Below, piece by piece: positions 13,200-24,212 of a stretch of DNA of 64,000 bases. Origin of the DNA: Azolla caroliniana (taxonomy: Eukaryota > Plantae > Polypodiophyta); NCBI GenBank assembly GCA_043228905.1, contig JBHGNT010000008.1, positions 1,302,001-1,366,000 of the forward strand, read 5' to 3'. The translations under genes and the position numbers were made by a program. Position 1 is the stretch's first letter. Each line of letters opens with the position of its first letter. A model generated the notes under the pieces. The model was given only the letters and a program-made list of their open reading frames with translations. It was not told the origin of the DNA and ran no database searches.

Positions 13200-13630
13200 A
13201 CTTCTATGAGGAGATCTTGTTTTTTTTCATATGAAAGGGTTAAGGGAACTTTGCAAATCCTTGGCCTCTTAGGAAATTTTGTTAGGCAAGCTTGTCTTCT
13301 TAGCACTCTATTTATGCAATTCCTTTCCATTCTTTACACATGTATAAAGAATAGACGATGGTCTCTTGCAAGACATTAGGGAAAACTCTTGGTATTTTAT
13401 TCACAAACTTTACATTTTTAGCTTGAAAATCTCGTTGGCTTTAATGTTGGAAATTTAAAAAGGGCAATTGGTCTGTTGAAGATAATGTGACCACTATTTT
13501 ATTGTACATGATATAAATGGCATGGGAAATATACTTCAACTTATATTTCATAAACTTTTTTTTTCCCAAAAAGAAGCTACTTTCCCATTAGTTAGGATGA
13601 AGCCTGCAATCAACATCCAAATCTCCTGGA
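13200..13630 (-). pseudogene. Highly degenerate LINE RT-like remnant
   Basis: Minus strand shows an RPIAL-like motif (agaccaattgccc) resembling LINE RT domain 1; no ORF. Confidence 0.3.
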
Positions 13631-14218
13631 ATGTTGTCAACTCTCTAGGTTAGCAACACAAAGGTCGCAAACCTAATCACCAAGTATCCATCCTATCAAG
13701 GAAGATTGTGGTTGGAGGATTGGGTTTACTATTTAACACTCACAATTGGTGATAACTTAATTATTGGACTTAATCGACTATAATCGAATGTACTGAGATA
13801 AATCTCTGTTATTCCATCGGCCACAACTGATCGACTTACACAGATAATAAACGCAACATAATTAAATGAAAGTCATAGAGTTCCTCAAACAAAATAACTA
13901 AATTAACTTTAATGTACTTACAGATCGATGTCTTTTTACAATGCCCTATGCCCCGTTTTATAGGCGGCATGGGAAGTTTACGTCAAGAAAATATAATATG
14001 CCATTCGGCAAGAACAAAACTCTAACAATTAAACTACCCAATATTTATACTTGGCATTATTTATTTTCGGCTACTATCCTCGTTCGACTATTCTTTTCTG
14101 GTTCCATACTTGTCCGACTACTCTTTCGACTATTCTCCTTTTATACTTCGATTCTACCAATCATTCGACCTTTCGGCCCTTTCCGCACCTTGGGTTGACT
14201 TGGCTAGGTAACATAACC

Positions 14219-14584
14219 TGTTGGGATTTCGGTCCCTCCGGATGGGATGTCCGGAAATGAATGACGGCAAGCCCGGTTACGGTTACGGAACCAGAGGATG
14301 AAGAGTACCCGGCATGAAGCCGGATGAAGAGTACCCGGCATGAAGCCGGATGAAGAGTACCCGGTTACGGAACCGGATGAAGATACAGGCCCGGTGAGAG
14401 TACTCACCGGATGTGGGGACATATTTATGAATCTGTTTTCCAAGAGCCCTTTGAGGCTATATTTGTAAATAGCCCGAAAGTCATATGTGTATAAATATGA
14501 CTTAGGGCAAACTGTTTATGGCTGTTGTATGTTGTTGCCTATTGTGTATTGCCACTCTGATGTGTGCAAGAGTGAAGAGAGCAG

Positions 14585-14617
<33 letters not shown>

Positions 14618-14881
14618 GAAGAGGTCGTTGCCTCTGTGTATTACCGCCGCCTATGGCGAAGACAGTGAGCTCAAGGTTGTTGCCTTGTAGCTTCACCATT
14701 GTACATCTCTGTTTATAGTGACAGTTGGAGTCTGAGGACTCCCGTGGTTTTTTCCCATTTAGGGTTTTCCACGTAAAACATCCTGTGCACTCTTCTCTCT
14801 ATTGTCTTCGTGCTTTTTGAATTTCCTGTTTTCTGTGAGTTGATCCTATTCCTCGGTTGTGGCCGAGCACCGTGTTCAACA
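14219..14881 (+). repeat. 5' LTR of Copia C
   Basis: TGTTG...CAACA; 26-bp U3 tandem repeats, TATA (tataaat ~14490), (GA)n. Confidence 0.97.
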
Positions 14882-14884
14882 AAT

Positions 14885-14896
14885 TGGTATCAGAGC
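14885..14896 (+). promoter_or_regulatory. Primer-binding site, tRNA-iMet
   Basis: TGGTATCAGAGC 3 nt after the LTR. Confidence 0.95.
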
Positions 14897-14912
14897 AAGG
14901 TTAACACAGAAA

Positions 14913-16872
14913 ATGGAAGGCGGCGGTAGTGGGCCTCCGGGCATGATGGTGTTGAACTCACAGAACTACGCCGACTGGAAGATAAAGATGGAAGACCTTC
15001 TCATCGTCCGAGACCTGTACGAACCGATCGACAATGCCGAGATACCCAAGGGGGTAATAGAGTCGGAGTGGAAGCTCCTGAACCGGAAAGCCGTAGCGAC
15101 GATCCGGCAATATGTCGATGTAAGTGTTCTGCAACATGTGGCGAACGATACGAACGCCTATGAGATGTGGCAGAAGCTGTCTGGACTGTATGAGAGGAAG
15201 AATGCTCTGACCCGGACCTCCCTGATGAGGAAGATAGTGAATCTTAAGTACCGGGACGGCGAGAGCATGGTCGAACACGTCAGCACGTTCATGGGGTTTG
15301 TGAACCAGCTTGCGGCGATCAAGTTCCCGTTGGATGACGCAATGCAAGCCATCATGCTGATGTGTACCCTTCCGGAGAGCTGGGAGAACTTGGTAGTTAC
15401 TCTCAGCACCTCCTGTAAGGAAGAGAACTTGTCTTTACTAACGGTAAAGACAAGTATTCTAAATGAAGAAGCGCGTCGGAGAGATAAAGAACCGGCCTCC
15501 GACTCGAAGGCGCTGCTTACCGAATCGGAACGGGGAAGACAACGGAACCGGAGTCCGCAAAGACAGGAGAAGTCGGGGACACGGTCGCAGTCGAGGGGAA
15601 GACCTACATGCTTCTACTGTGGGAAGCCGGGGCATTTCCAGAAGAACTGTCGGCATTTCCGGAAAGACAACGGAACCGACGGTACCGATTCGAAGAAGTC
15701 ACCGGAGCGAAACGGTGCATACCGGGGAGCCACGGACCGGAGAGGTCCGGATCGGCGAGGGCAGGACCGGAAAGGAACGACGGCACTTGCGGCAAGTGAA
15801 GAAGAGATAATGCTCATTACCGAAGAGAGGGAGCTGAACCTTGCCGGTGAAGAGATGACCTGGGTGGTCGATTCCGGAGCGTCGTTCCACCTGACCCCGG
15901 AGAAGAAATAATTCTCATCCTACACAGCCGGTGAGCACGGCTGTGTCCGGATGGGAAATGAAGGTACATGCCGGATTGCCGGCATAGGAGACGTGTGGAT
16001 GATGACATCAACTGGATGCAAGATGCTGCTGAAGGATGTCCGACACGTTCCGGAGGTTCGATTGAACCTGATTTCGGCCGGGAGGCTAGACGATGAAGGC
16101 TACACGGGTAGCATCCGGAACGGTGTCATGAAGTTCAGCAAAGGGAGCCTGATAGTGGCTCGGGCCCGGAAAGTCAACACACTGTACCTGATGAATTCCC
16201 GGCTATGTCCGGAGGAGCTGAACGTGGCAGCTGACACTGCCGGTGAGCTGTGGCACAAGAGACTGTGCCACATGAGCGAGAAGGGGATGAAGAGGCTTGC
16301 CGAATACAACCTGATACCGGTAAAGCACGTACACCTGGGGAAGTGTACCGACTGTCTGGCCGGTAAGCAAAACCGGACCTCCTTCCGCTCAAGACCACCG
16401 ATGAGACGTAGTGTACCATTGGAGTTGGTACACACTGATGTGTGTCAGGTAGAAACGAAGTCACATGGCGGAGCCCAGTACTTCGTAACATTCATAGATG
16501 ACCATAGCCGGAAGCTGTGGACGGCACCGTTGAAGACAAAGGACCAAGTATTGTCCGTCTTCAAAGAACTCCACGCGAGAGTGGAAAGAGAATCCGGCAA
16601 GAAGCTGAAAGCACTACGAGCGGATAACGGAGGAGAATACCGAGGGCAATTTGAGGAGTATTGTCGTTCGATGGGAATCCGGCTCGAGTTTACTGTGCCG
16701 AAGACGCCAGAAGTGAACGGGCTGGCCGAGAGGATGAACCGGACCATAATGGAGAGGGTCCGGAGTATGCTAGCACATGCGAAATTACCCAAGGGATTTT
16801 GGGCTGAGGCAATGTCGACGGCGACATATGTGATAAATAGATTACCCTCAGTACCCCTGGATGGAGACACGC
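14913..16872 (+). pseudogene. Copia C gag-protease-integrase (5' part), nonsense codon at 15909-15911
   Basis: MEGGGSG start. ORFs 14859-15911 and 15951-16880 are in the same frame separated by one TAA. Cut by Gypsy D at ...PLDGDT|. Confidence 0.93.
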
Positions 16873-17706
16873 TGTCGTAGTGTAGGTTGCACACTATGTG
16901 GAAATTATATTTTTGTCCCTCCGGATAGTGAATGGAGTGCTCGGTGAGAACCGGAAGAAAACGGCATACCGGCAAGGAGGAAAACGGCATACCGGCAAGG
17001 AGGAAAACGACATACCGGCAAGGAAGAAAACGGCATACCGGCAAGGAAGAGCCGGATAAAGAGACATAAATGTAAAATAAAAGGAAATACTCACTACTGC
17101 GCAGGGCGTGATTCAAACTCTGCACCTCCACGTTGACAAACCCCAACCTTACCATTACATTAACTTATCTTAAGTGTTTTAAATATAGATTTAATACGTA
17201 TAAGACCTTTATTTATGCATACCTTTATTAAAAGGTAAATCGTGTATTTTTTTAATATATGAAAAGGAAAAAACACGAGACACTAAAAATAACTCATGCA
17301 CATCTAGCGTGCATGAGCCCTATACTTAGGAAATAAAAAAGCATCACATGCACATTTAGTGGACATGAACACTTTTTGTAAAAAAAAAAAAAAAGCATGA
17401 AGCCATGCTTAGCTCTTCCTTCCTTATATATGGAGGAGAGAAATATGTAAAGGGTTGTTGATTATTTGGATTAAGTATTAATCAATACAAAAATTATTCG
17501 TGGGATTCACGATTTATACATCTACTTCTCTCTTAACACCCTAAGTACCAATTAATATAGTTTACTCGTGTGATTCACGAGTTTCTTATCTTTCTCTTTG
17601 CTATTTACTCATATAATCTCTATCTCACGAACTTCTTTCTCCTAGTCCAAGACCTCTGTGGTTCCCACCCGACTCACGCAACGATCCGGAGCCGAAAGGC
17701 ACGACA
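16873..17706 (+). repeat. 5' LTR of Gypsy D
   Basis: Direct repeat of 23373-24208; four 23-bp U3 repeats aaaacggcataccggcaaggagg. Confidence 0.97.
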
Positions 17707-17710
17707 CAGT

Positions 17711-17728
17711 TGGTGAACCCGACGTGAA
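17711..17728 (+). promoter_or_regulatory. Primer-binding site, tRNA-Trp
   Basis: TGGTGAACCCGACGTGAA, identical to the Gypsy B PBS. Confidence 0.85.
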
Positions 17729-17744
17729 GACGGGTGGCAAGGAG

Positions 17745-19784
17745 ATGGAGGCTCAACAAGCTAACAATATGATGGCGATGTTCGAACGGATGCTTCAAGA
17801 ACAACGCACGATGTCGGAGATTTCGGCATCAGTAGAGCGGCTCGTGCAACGCAACGGGCAATTTAATGGTAAGGATGTGTCGCGATATTTGCAGGACTAC
17901 AAGGCGGAGATACTCCGGTGCCGGGCTTCGGAAGTACTGCAAGTGACATCCTTTAATCGGGTGGCGACCGACGGGCTTCAAGGGAGTATCCACGGGTTGC
18001 AACAACAAAATCCGACGTGGGAAGCATTCGAAGAGGCGTTAAAGACCACGTTTGCCATCGAGGACTCCTCCAAGGCAACGCGGAGGGGATTCGAGGATTG
18101 GGTGGAAACGTCAGGTAAGGGGCTGAAGGTCCTCGAAGTGTTTTCGACATTCGAAAGTCGGTTCAGGAGGTTGTCCGCGAGAGATCAAACTATTCTTGCA
18201 CCGGACAAAGTCATCATGTTTTTGCGAGCTGTGGACGTCCGGGACCGGAAAGATCTCAGAGTGCTTCTTGAGGACACGACCACCGAAAGCGGCCTCACCG
18301 AAACATGGGAAAGCGTGCGGGATATCGTCGCGCGGTACACGAAGAGGGGGCAATGGCTTGCCAACGAAGAAAAGAGGGTTTCGGAACCGATTCCGAAACC
18401 GAGAACGGGACTGGAAGACCATCAACCGAGGGCTCGGGAGATTACGGCCGAGAAGGGAGTCGACGCGTCTACGGTGGAGCAGCTGCTGAAGGAGATGGAG
18501 AATCTAAAGATCGCGATGGTGAAGAAGTCGGATGACCGCCCCACAAGCTCCAAATATACGGATCGACGGTGCATATGGTGCGATAGCGCCGAACACGATC
18601 GGAGGGATTGCGACGACCATAAGGAGGCGCTACGACGGGATCTCATCTACTACGAGGGAAACCGGATTCATTCGATGGACTCTCGGAAGCCACTCCGACC
18701 GAACTTCCGGAAAGGCGGCATGAAGAAGGTGCTCGAGGAGGAGTTAGCGGCAAGAAGCAACTATGCGACAACCGCGGGAATATGTGTCGGGGAGTCATCG
18801 GGAGCGAAGGCGTCTTTCTGGCCGGAGGTGCTAGGAAACACCGAGAAAACCGACTCCAACGATATCCGAAACACCGCGGAAGGCGTCCGGGAAGCTACGG
18901 GATGGGAGTGCCCTGTCGACAAGAATAGCATATACGCCCTGTGTCAATTACATGAGGTGTATGTGGACGAGAAACGACGGCGCACGGAGGATGCGGCCGG
19001 ACCATCGAAGATACCGGAAAGCTGGAACTCCGGAGGTAAGGGAAAAGAAAAGGCGACTCCGGCATTCAAGCTCGCCTCGGACATAGAACAACAAACCGAC
19101 TTGAAAAGAGTGTTCGAGGAAAGAATCTTGGATAGCCGGGTAGATTTTTCGCTGCGGGAACTACTCGGAATAGCGAAGAAGGAGTTTCACGATCTTCTCG
19201 TGGATCTCGTGAAAAGGAAGAGACAAAGTACGGAGGAAAATGCTCCAAGGGTGAATGCAAATACCGTTTCAATGAACGACACCAAAGTGGAAGGCGAAAT
19301 TCCGAACTCCCACTATACAAGGCCACACTGGGCACGTGCGACTACGGAGACTCCGGTCCGAATCGGCAACATCAAAGAACCCGTGCTAGCATTGGTTGAT
19401 CACGGATCGGAGATCAACTTGATGTCCAAGGAGTTCTACCGAAAGGGGAAGTGGCCTATAAACACCAACCATGGATGGAAGATTCGGGCAGCCACGAAAA
19501 CGACAGAAGACCTATTTGCGGCTTGTCCGGATGTGACGGTAAAGATCGGGGATGTCGAAATTGACCAAAATTTCTTTGTGCAGGATGAGGTTTCACATTC
19601 TGTCATCCTCGGCCAACCCTTTATCACGGCTTCACGGATGGAGACGAAGGTGCTCGATAGTGGTGCGGCTTTTGCGCGAATTCGGAGCCAAAACGGAGGG
19701 AAATCCGTCCAATTCCTAACGGTGCCGGCAAATCACGAAAGGAACAAGAGGGAACTCATGTCCCAAGTGAGAATGGATTTTTAA
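17745..19784 (+). CDS. Gypsy D ORF1: Gag plus aspartic protease
   Basis: Uninterrupted ORF from the first ATG after the PBS. Zn knuckle CIWCDSAEHDRRDC; protease LVDHGSEINL...VILGQPF; ends GAT TTT TAA. Confidence 0.9.
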   Translation: MEAQQANNMMAMFERMLQEQRTMSEISASVERLVQRNGQFNGKDVSRYLQDYKAEILRCRASEVLQVTSFNRVATDGLQGSIHGLQQQNPTWEAFEEALKTTFAIEDSSKATRRGFEDWVETSGKGLKVLEVFSTFESRFRRLSARDQTILAPDKVIMFLRAVDVRDRKDLRVLLEDTTTESGLTETWESVRDIVARYTKRGQWLANEEKRVSEPIPKPRTGLEDHQPRAREITAEKGVDASTVEQLLKEMENLKIAMVKKSDDRPTSSKYTDRRCIWCDSAEHDRRDCDDHKEALRRDLIYYEGNRIHSMDSRKPLRPNFRKGGMKKVLEEELAARSNYATTAGICVGESSGAKASFWPEVLGNTEKTDSNDIRNTAEGVREATGWECPVDKNSIYALCQLHEVYVDEKRRRTEDAAGPSKIPESWNSGGKGKEKATPAFKLASDIEQQTDLKRVFEERILDSRVDFSLRELLGIAKKEFHDLLVDLVKRKRQSTEENAPRVNANTVSMNDTKVEGEIPNSHYTRPHWARATTETPVRIGNIKEPVLALVDHGSEINLMSKEFYRKGKWPINTNHGWKIRAATKTTEDLFAACPDVTVKIGDVEIDQNFFVQDEVSHSVILGQPFITASRMETKVLDSGAAFARIRSQNGGKSVQFLTVPANHERNKRELMSQVRMDF

Positions 19785-22700
19785 AGCGGACTGTTGCGGA
19801 GTGGGGAAGTGATAGTCCGAGAAGCCCTGATACCCCACACAGGAAGAAAACTCTCGGAGCAAAACAAGTACGAATCGGCCCGGATGGGGCATCTACGTAC
19901 ACGGCCGTAACCGGAGGAATGAAGAAACAATACCGACAAGTGGAGGATAAGTTACGGTCGGCATCAATAATAAAAGAAGACGAAGAAATCGTGGGAGTGA
20001 TCGAGGAAGTGTTCTATGGGAATACACTACAACGGCTTGAAGAGCTTGCGGAAGATAAAAGCCAAGGGAACCGGATAGTCCCGGTGGAATCGGTCGAGAT
20101 GTACGAGATCGTTGCGAAAATGGGGCCGGATGCGCTCCGCATAGAAGAAGCAATGGTAAGTACGAAATACAAGACCGTGGAGAAGAAGGTGAAACCGGCC
20201 GCGGGACCACTACCCGCCGATAGCGAACAAAAGAAGAAAGAAGTCTCGGGAGATCCAACACTTCGGAAGTCCGTGGATATCGGACATGCCTTCACAGATG
20301 AGACCCGGAAGAAACTTCGGATCGGTGGAGGTGGGTTCCTCTTACAAGAAGAAGAAAAACGGTTTCGAGAGATGTTGGAGCAACATGGCAAAGCATTCGC
20401 GTTCACATCGAGGGAGATCGGATGCGTTGATCCAAAGATAGTGGAGCCGATGGTGATTTTCACGATTGATCATGTACCGTGGAACCTGAAGCCGATTCCG
20501 GTGCCACGGGCGCATATTCTGAAAGTCATCGACTTGCTCAAGGAAAAGGTGGCGATGGGGATTCTAGAGCCATCAAGTGCTCCGTACTCAAATCGATGGT
20601 TTACGGTTCCGAAGAAGAATGGGTCACTCCGATTCATCCAAGACTTGCAACCGGTGAACAAGGTCACGATCCGGAACTCGGGAGTCGGTCCGATAGTGGA
20701 CGAATTCGCGGAAGCTTTTGACGGACGTGCGATATACTCCATCGGGGACCTATACTCGGGGTATGACCAATTCCAACTAGCCGTGGAGAGCCGAGACATC
20801 ACTACCATGCGGACACCGATAGGACTAGTTCGAATGTGCACACTACCACAAGGAGCGACAAACTCGGTTGCACATATGATGAACGCGATGAACAAGGTGC
20901 TTCGAGATTGCATCCCGGAGATAACGATGCCGTTTCTAGATGACATTCCGATGAAAGGATGCGCGGTGGAAGAAAAAGATGAGACTATGGATGATCGGGG
21001 ATGCCGAAAGTTCGTGGTCGACCATATTCATGATTGCGAGAAAGTGTTGCGAAAGCTAGAAGATGTGCACCTAACACTTTCCGGGGAGAAATCGGCATTC
21101 GGGCAAGAAGAAATATTGGTGGTCGGACATCTATGTGGACCCTACGGCCGAAGACCGTCACCAACAAAGATCGATGCGATTCAAGCTATGAAGGAAGTAT
21201 GTGAGTCAACATCGGAAGTCCGAAGGTTTCTGGGTGCGTGTGCATTCTATCACATATGGATTCCGCACTATGCACATATAGCGGACCCGCTCTATCACTT
21301 GTTGCGGAAAGGTAAGAAATTCGAGTGGAAACCGGAACACACTAAAGCCATGAGGAAGCTCAAGAAGACACTATGGAGGGCGGAATCACTTAAGAAGCCA
21401 AGCTACGAGCGGCCAATCATAGTAACGGTTGATACAAGTCCAACCGGTATCGGGTGGGTCATCAATCAAGCCGACTCGGATGGTTCGCGGTATCCGATCC
21501 GATTTGGAGCAAAGGTCCTCAACGAAAGGCAACGCGGATATGCACAAGTCAAAAGAGAATTGTGGGGAGTGGTGTCGGCGATAAAATCGGATCGGGATTA
21601 TTTGATCGGAGCTGAAGTGGTGATCGAGACGGATTGTCTTCCGATACTCGGGATGATGCGGTGTTGTACGATACCGGATGTGGCTATGCTAAGGTGGATT
21701 GCATATGTCAAGTCACTCAATCCGGAGGTTCGACACATCTCGGGGAAGGACAACGCGGTAGCGGACATGTTATCGAGGGCGCGGTTTGAAGACGACATAA
21801 CCGAATCAGATAATGAAGAAGTTTCCGAAGACTACTTCACGTCAGAACACATATGCCGAGTGAACGTGATCCGAGAATCCGGGAAGAAGAATACGAGGGG
21901 GAAACCTTGATGATCGGGAAGATGCTACAAGAGGTCGAGGATTCAACCAATGATAAAGAAAGGAGAGCCGAGATCCGAAGGAAGAAGAGGCAAGTCCAAA
22001 AGTTCTTCTTGGAAAACGGTTTAATATGGAGGACGCCGAAAAGACCGGATGGGATACCACTTCGAGTAGTCGGGACGAAAGAGCAACGAAACCGGATAAT
22101 GTCCGAGTTCCACGAATCCGATTGGGCTGGACATCGAGGAACATGGGCAACTTTTGTGAAAATCAAGCAAAGATATTGGTGGAAGAACATGTATAAAGAT
22201 GTCGCGGAGTTCACAGAAAGCTGCGAGAAATGTCAAGTCTACTCCGGGGTCCGACACCGAGATGAGCTGCATCCGACATTCTCACCGACAATCAACTTCA
22301 AGTGGATGGTCGACATTGTAGCTATGCCGACCGGGATTGGACAAAAGAAATACTTGGTGTTAGCTCGAGAAGATCTCACAAACCAAGTTGAAGGTCGAGC
22401 GCTTCGGAGGAAAACGTGTGCCGCGGTGTGCCAATTTCTTTTGGAAGAAGTGTTTTGTAGGTACGGCTGCGTAGGACAAGTGATTGCGGACCGGGGAGAA
22501 CTCGACTCGGACAAAGCTAGGGGATTCTTCGCCAAACATGGAGTTCGGTTAACGTTGACAACGGCCTACAATCCGGAGGCCAACGGGAAGATCGAACGAG
22601 GACATAGTCCGATCGTGAAAGCACTTGCGAAGGCATGCGACGGAAGGGTGAAGGATTGGCCACAAATGCTTCCGTATGCACTATGGGCGGATCGGACGAC

Positions 22701-23385
22701 GCATAGCTCCGTGACCGGTTACATGCCGGCAGAACTCATGACCGGACAAGCACCGGTAATGCCAACGGAAACCGCAATCGCGACATGGACAATACTACCG
22801 TGGAAGGAAGAGATGAGCCGGGAAGAACTACTAGCGGTCTGGATACGACAACTGGAGGGAAGACCGAAAGATGTAGCGGAAGCGTCACGCCGACAACAAG
22901 AAGCACGGTTCCGGAACAAAAGCCGGTTCGACACAAAGCACCGATTACGACCGAGGAGGATTGAAGAAGGAGATTGGGTGATCGTCTATGATAGTAGCTT
23001 GGACCATCAACATACAACGATGCGGAAATTCGCGAAAAGGTGGTTCGGGCCGTACGAGGTTCGGAAGGTCTTCGACAACGGGACGTACCGACTGTCCGAG
23101 TTGGATGGAACAATACTACGAGTGCCTATAGCCGGGAAGCGGGTGAAGATTTTCAAGAAGCGGACCGACGACAAACCTTATGTGATCCAAGTCGAGGCCG
23201 ACAACGAGGAGCAATCGGACGAAGACCACAATGATGCGGGAAGCGAAGAAAGTGGATTACAACTCATAGTCGACATAAGGGGAGAATCGGAGGAAGCTTC
23301 AGATGAAGACGGATATGAAGAATCAAGAACTTCGGCACATACCGGAGGATGTGCGGGTTTGGAGGGGGCGAGTGTCGTAGTGTAG
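19775..23385 (+). pseudogene. Gypsy D ORF2: RT-RNase H-integrase in the -1 frame, with one apparent 1-bp deletion near 21880
   Basis: The -1 frame is open from GGATTTT at 19775. RT PFLDD, RNase H VDTSP...ETDC...ADMLSR, integrase HESDWAGH..CEKC, D,D,E and WFGPY. Stop lies inside the 3' LTR. Confidence 0.9.
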
Positions 23386-24208
23386 GTTGCACACTATGTG
23401 GAAATTATATTTTTGTCCCTCCGGATAGTGAATGGAGTGCTCGGTGAGAACCGGAAGAAAACGGCATATCGGCAAGGAGGAAAACGGCATACCGGCAAGG
23501 AGGAAAACGACATACCGGCAAGGAAGAAAACGGCATACCGGCAAGGAAGAGCCGGATAAAGAGACATAAATGTAAAATAAAAGGAAATACTCACTACTGC
23601 GCAGGGCGTGATTCAAACTCTGCACCTCCACGTTGACAAACCCCAACCTTACCATTACATTAACTTATCTTAAGTGTTTTAAATATAGATTTAATACGTA
23701 TAAGACCTTTATTTATGCATACCTTTATTAAAAGGTAAATCGTGTATTTTTTTAATATATGAAAAGGAAAAAACACGAGACACTAAAAATAACTCATGCA
23801 CATCTAGCGTGCATGAGCCCTATACTTAGGAAATAAAAAAGCATCACATGCACATTTAGTGGACATGAACACTTTTTGTAAAAAAAAAAAAGAAGCATGA
23901 AGCCATGCTTAGCTCTTCCTTCCTTATATAAGGAGGAGAGAAATATGTAAAGGGTTGTTGATTATTTGGATTAAGTATTAATCAATACAAAAATTATTCG
24001 TGGGATTCACGATTTATACATCTACTTCTCTCTTAACACCCTAAGTACCAATTAATATAGTTTACTCGTGTGATTCACGAGTTTCTTATCTTTCTCTTTG
24101 CTATTTACTCATAATTAATCTCTATCTCACGAACTTCTTTCTCCTAGTTCAAGACCTCTGTGGTTCCCACCCGACTCACGCAACGATCCGGAGCCGAAAG
24201 GCACGACA
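23373..24208 (+). repeat. 3' LTR of Gypsy D
   Basis: Direct repeat of 16873-17706, followed by TSD acgc. Confidence 0.97.
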
Positions 24209-24212
24209 ACGC

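Larger units (their letters stand above)
16873..24208 (+). mobile_element. Near-intact Ty3/Gypsy LTR retrotransposon D (tRNA-Trp PBS), nested in Copia C integrase
   Basis: LTRs 16873-17706 and 23373-24208 (TGTCGT...ACGACA; about 4 substitutions plus a small indel). Perfect 4-bp TSD ACGC, PBS 17711-17728, PPT ggagggggcgag 23361-23372. Confidence 0.97.
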
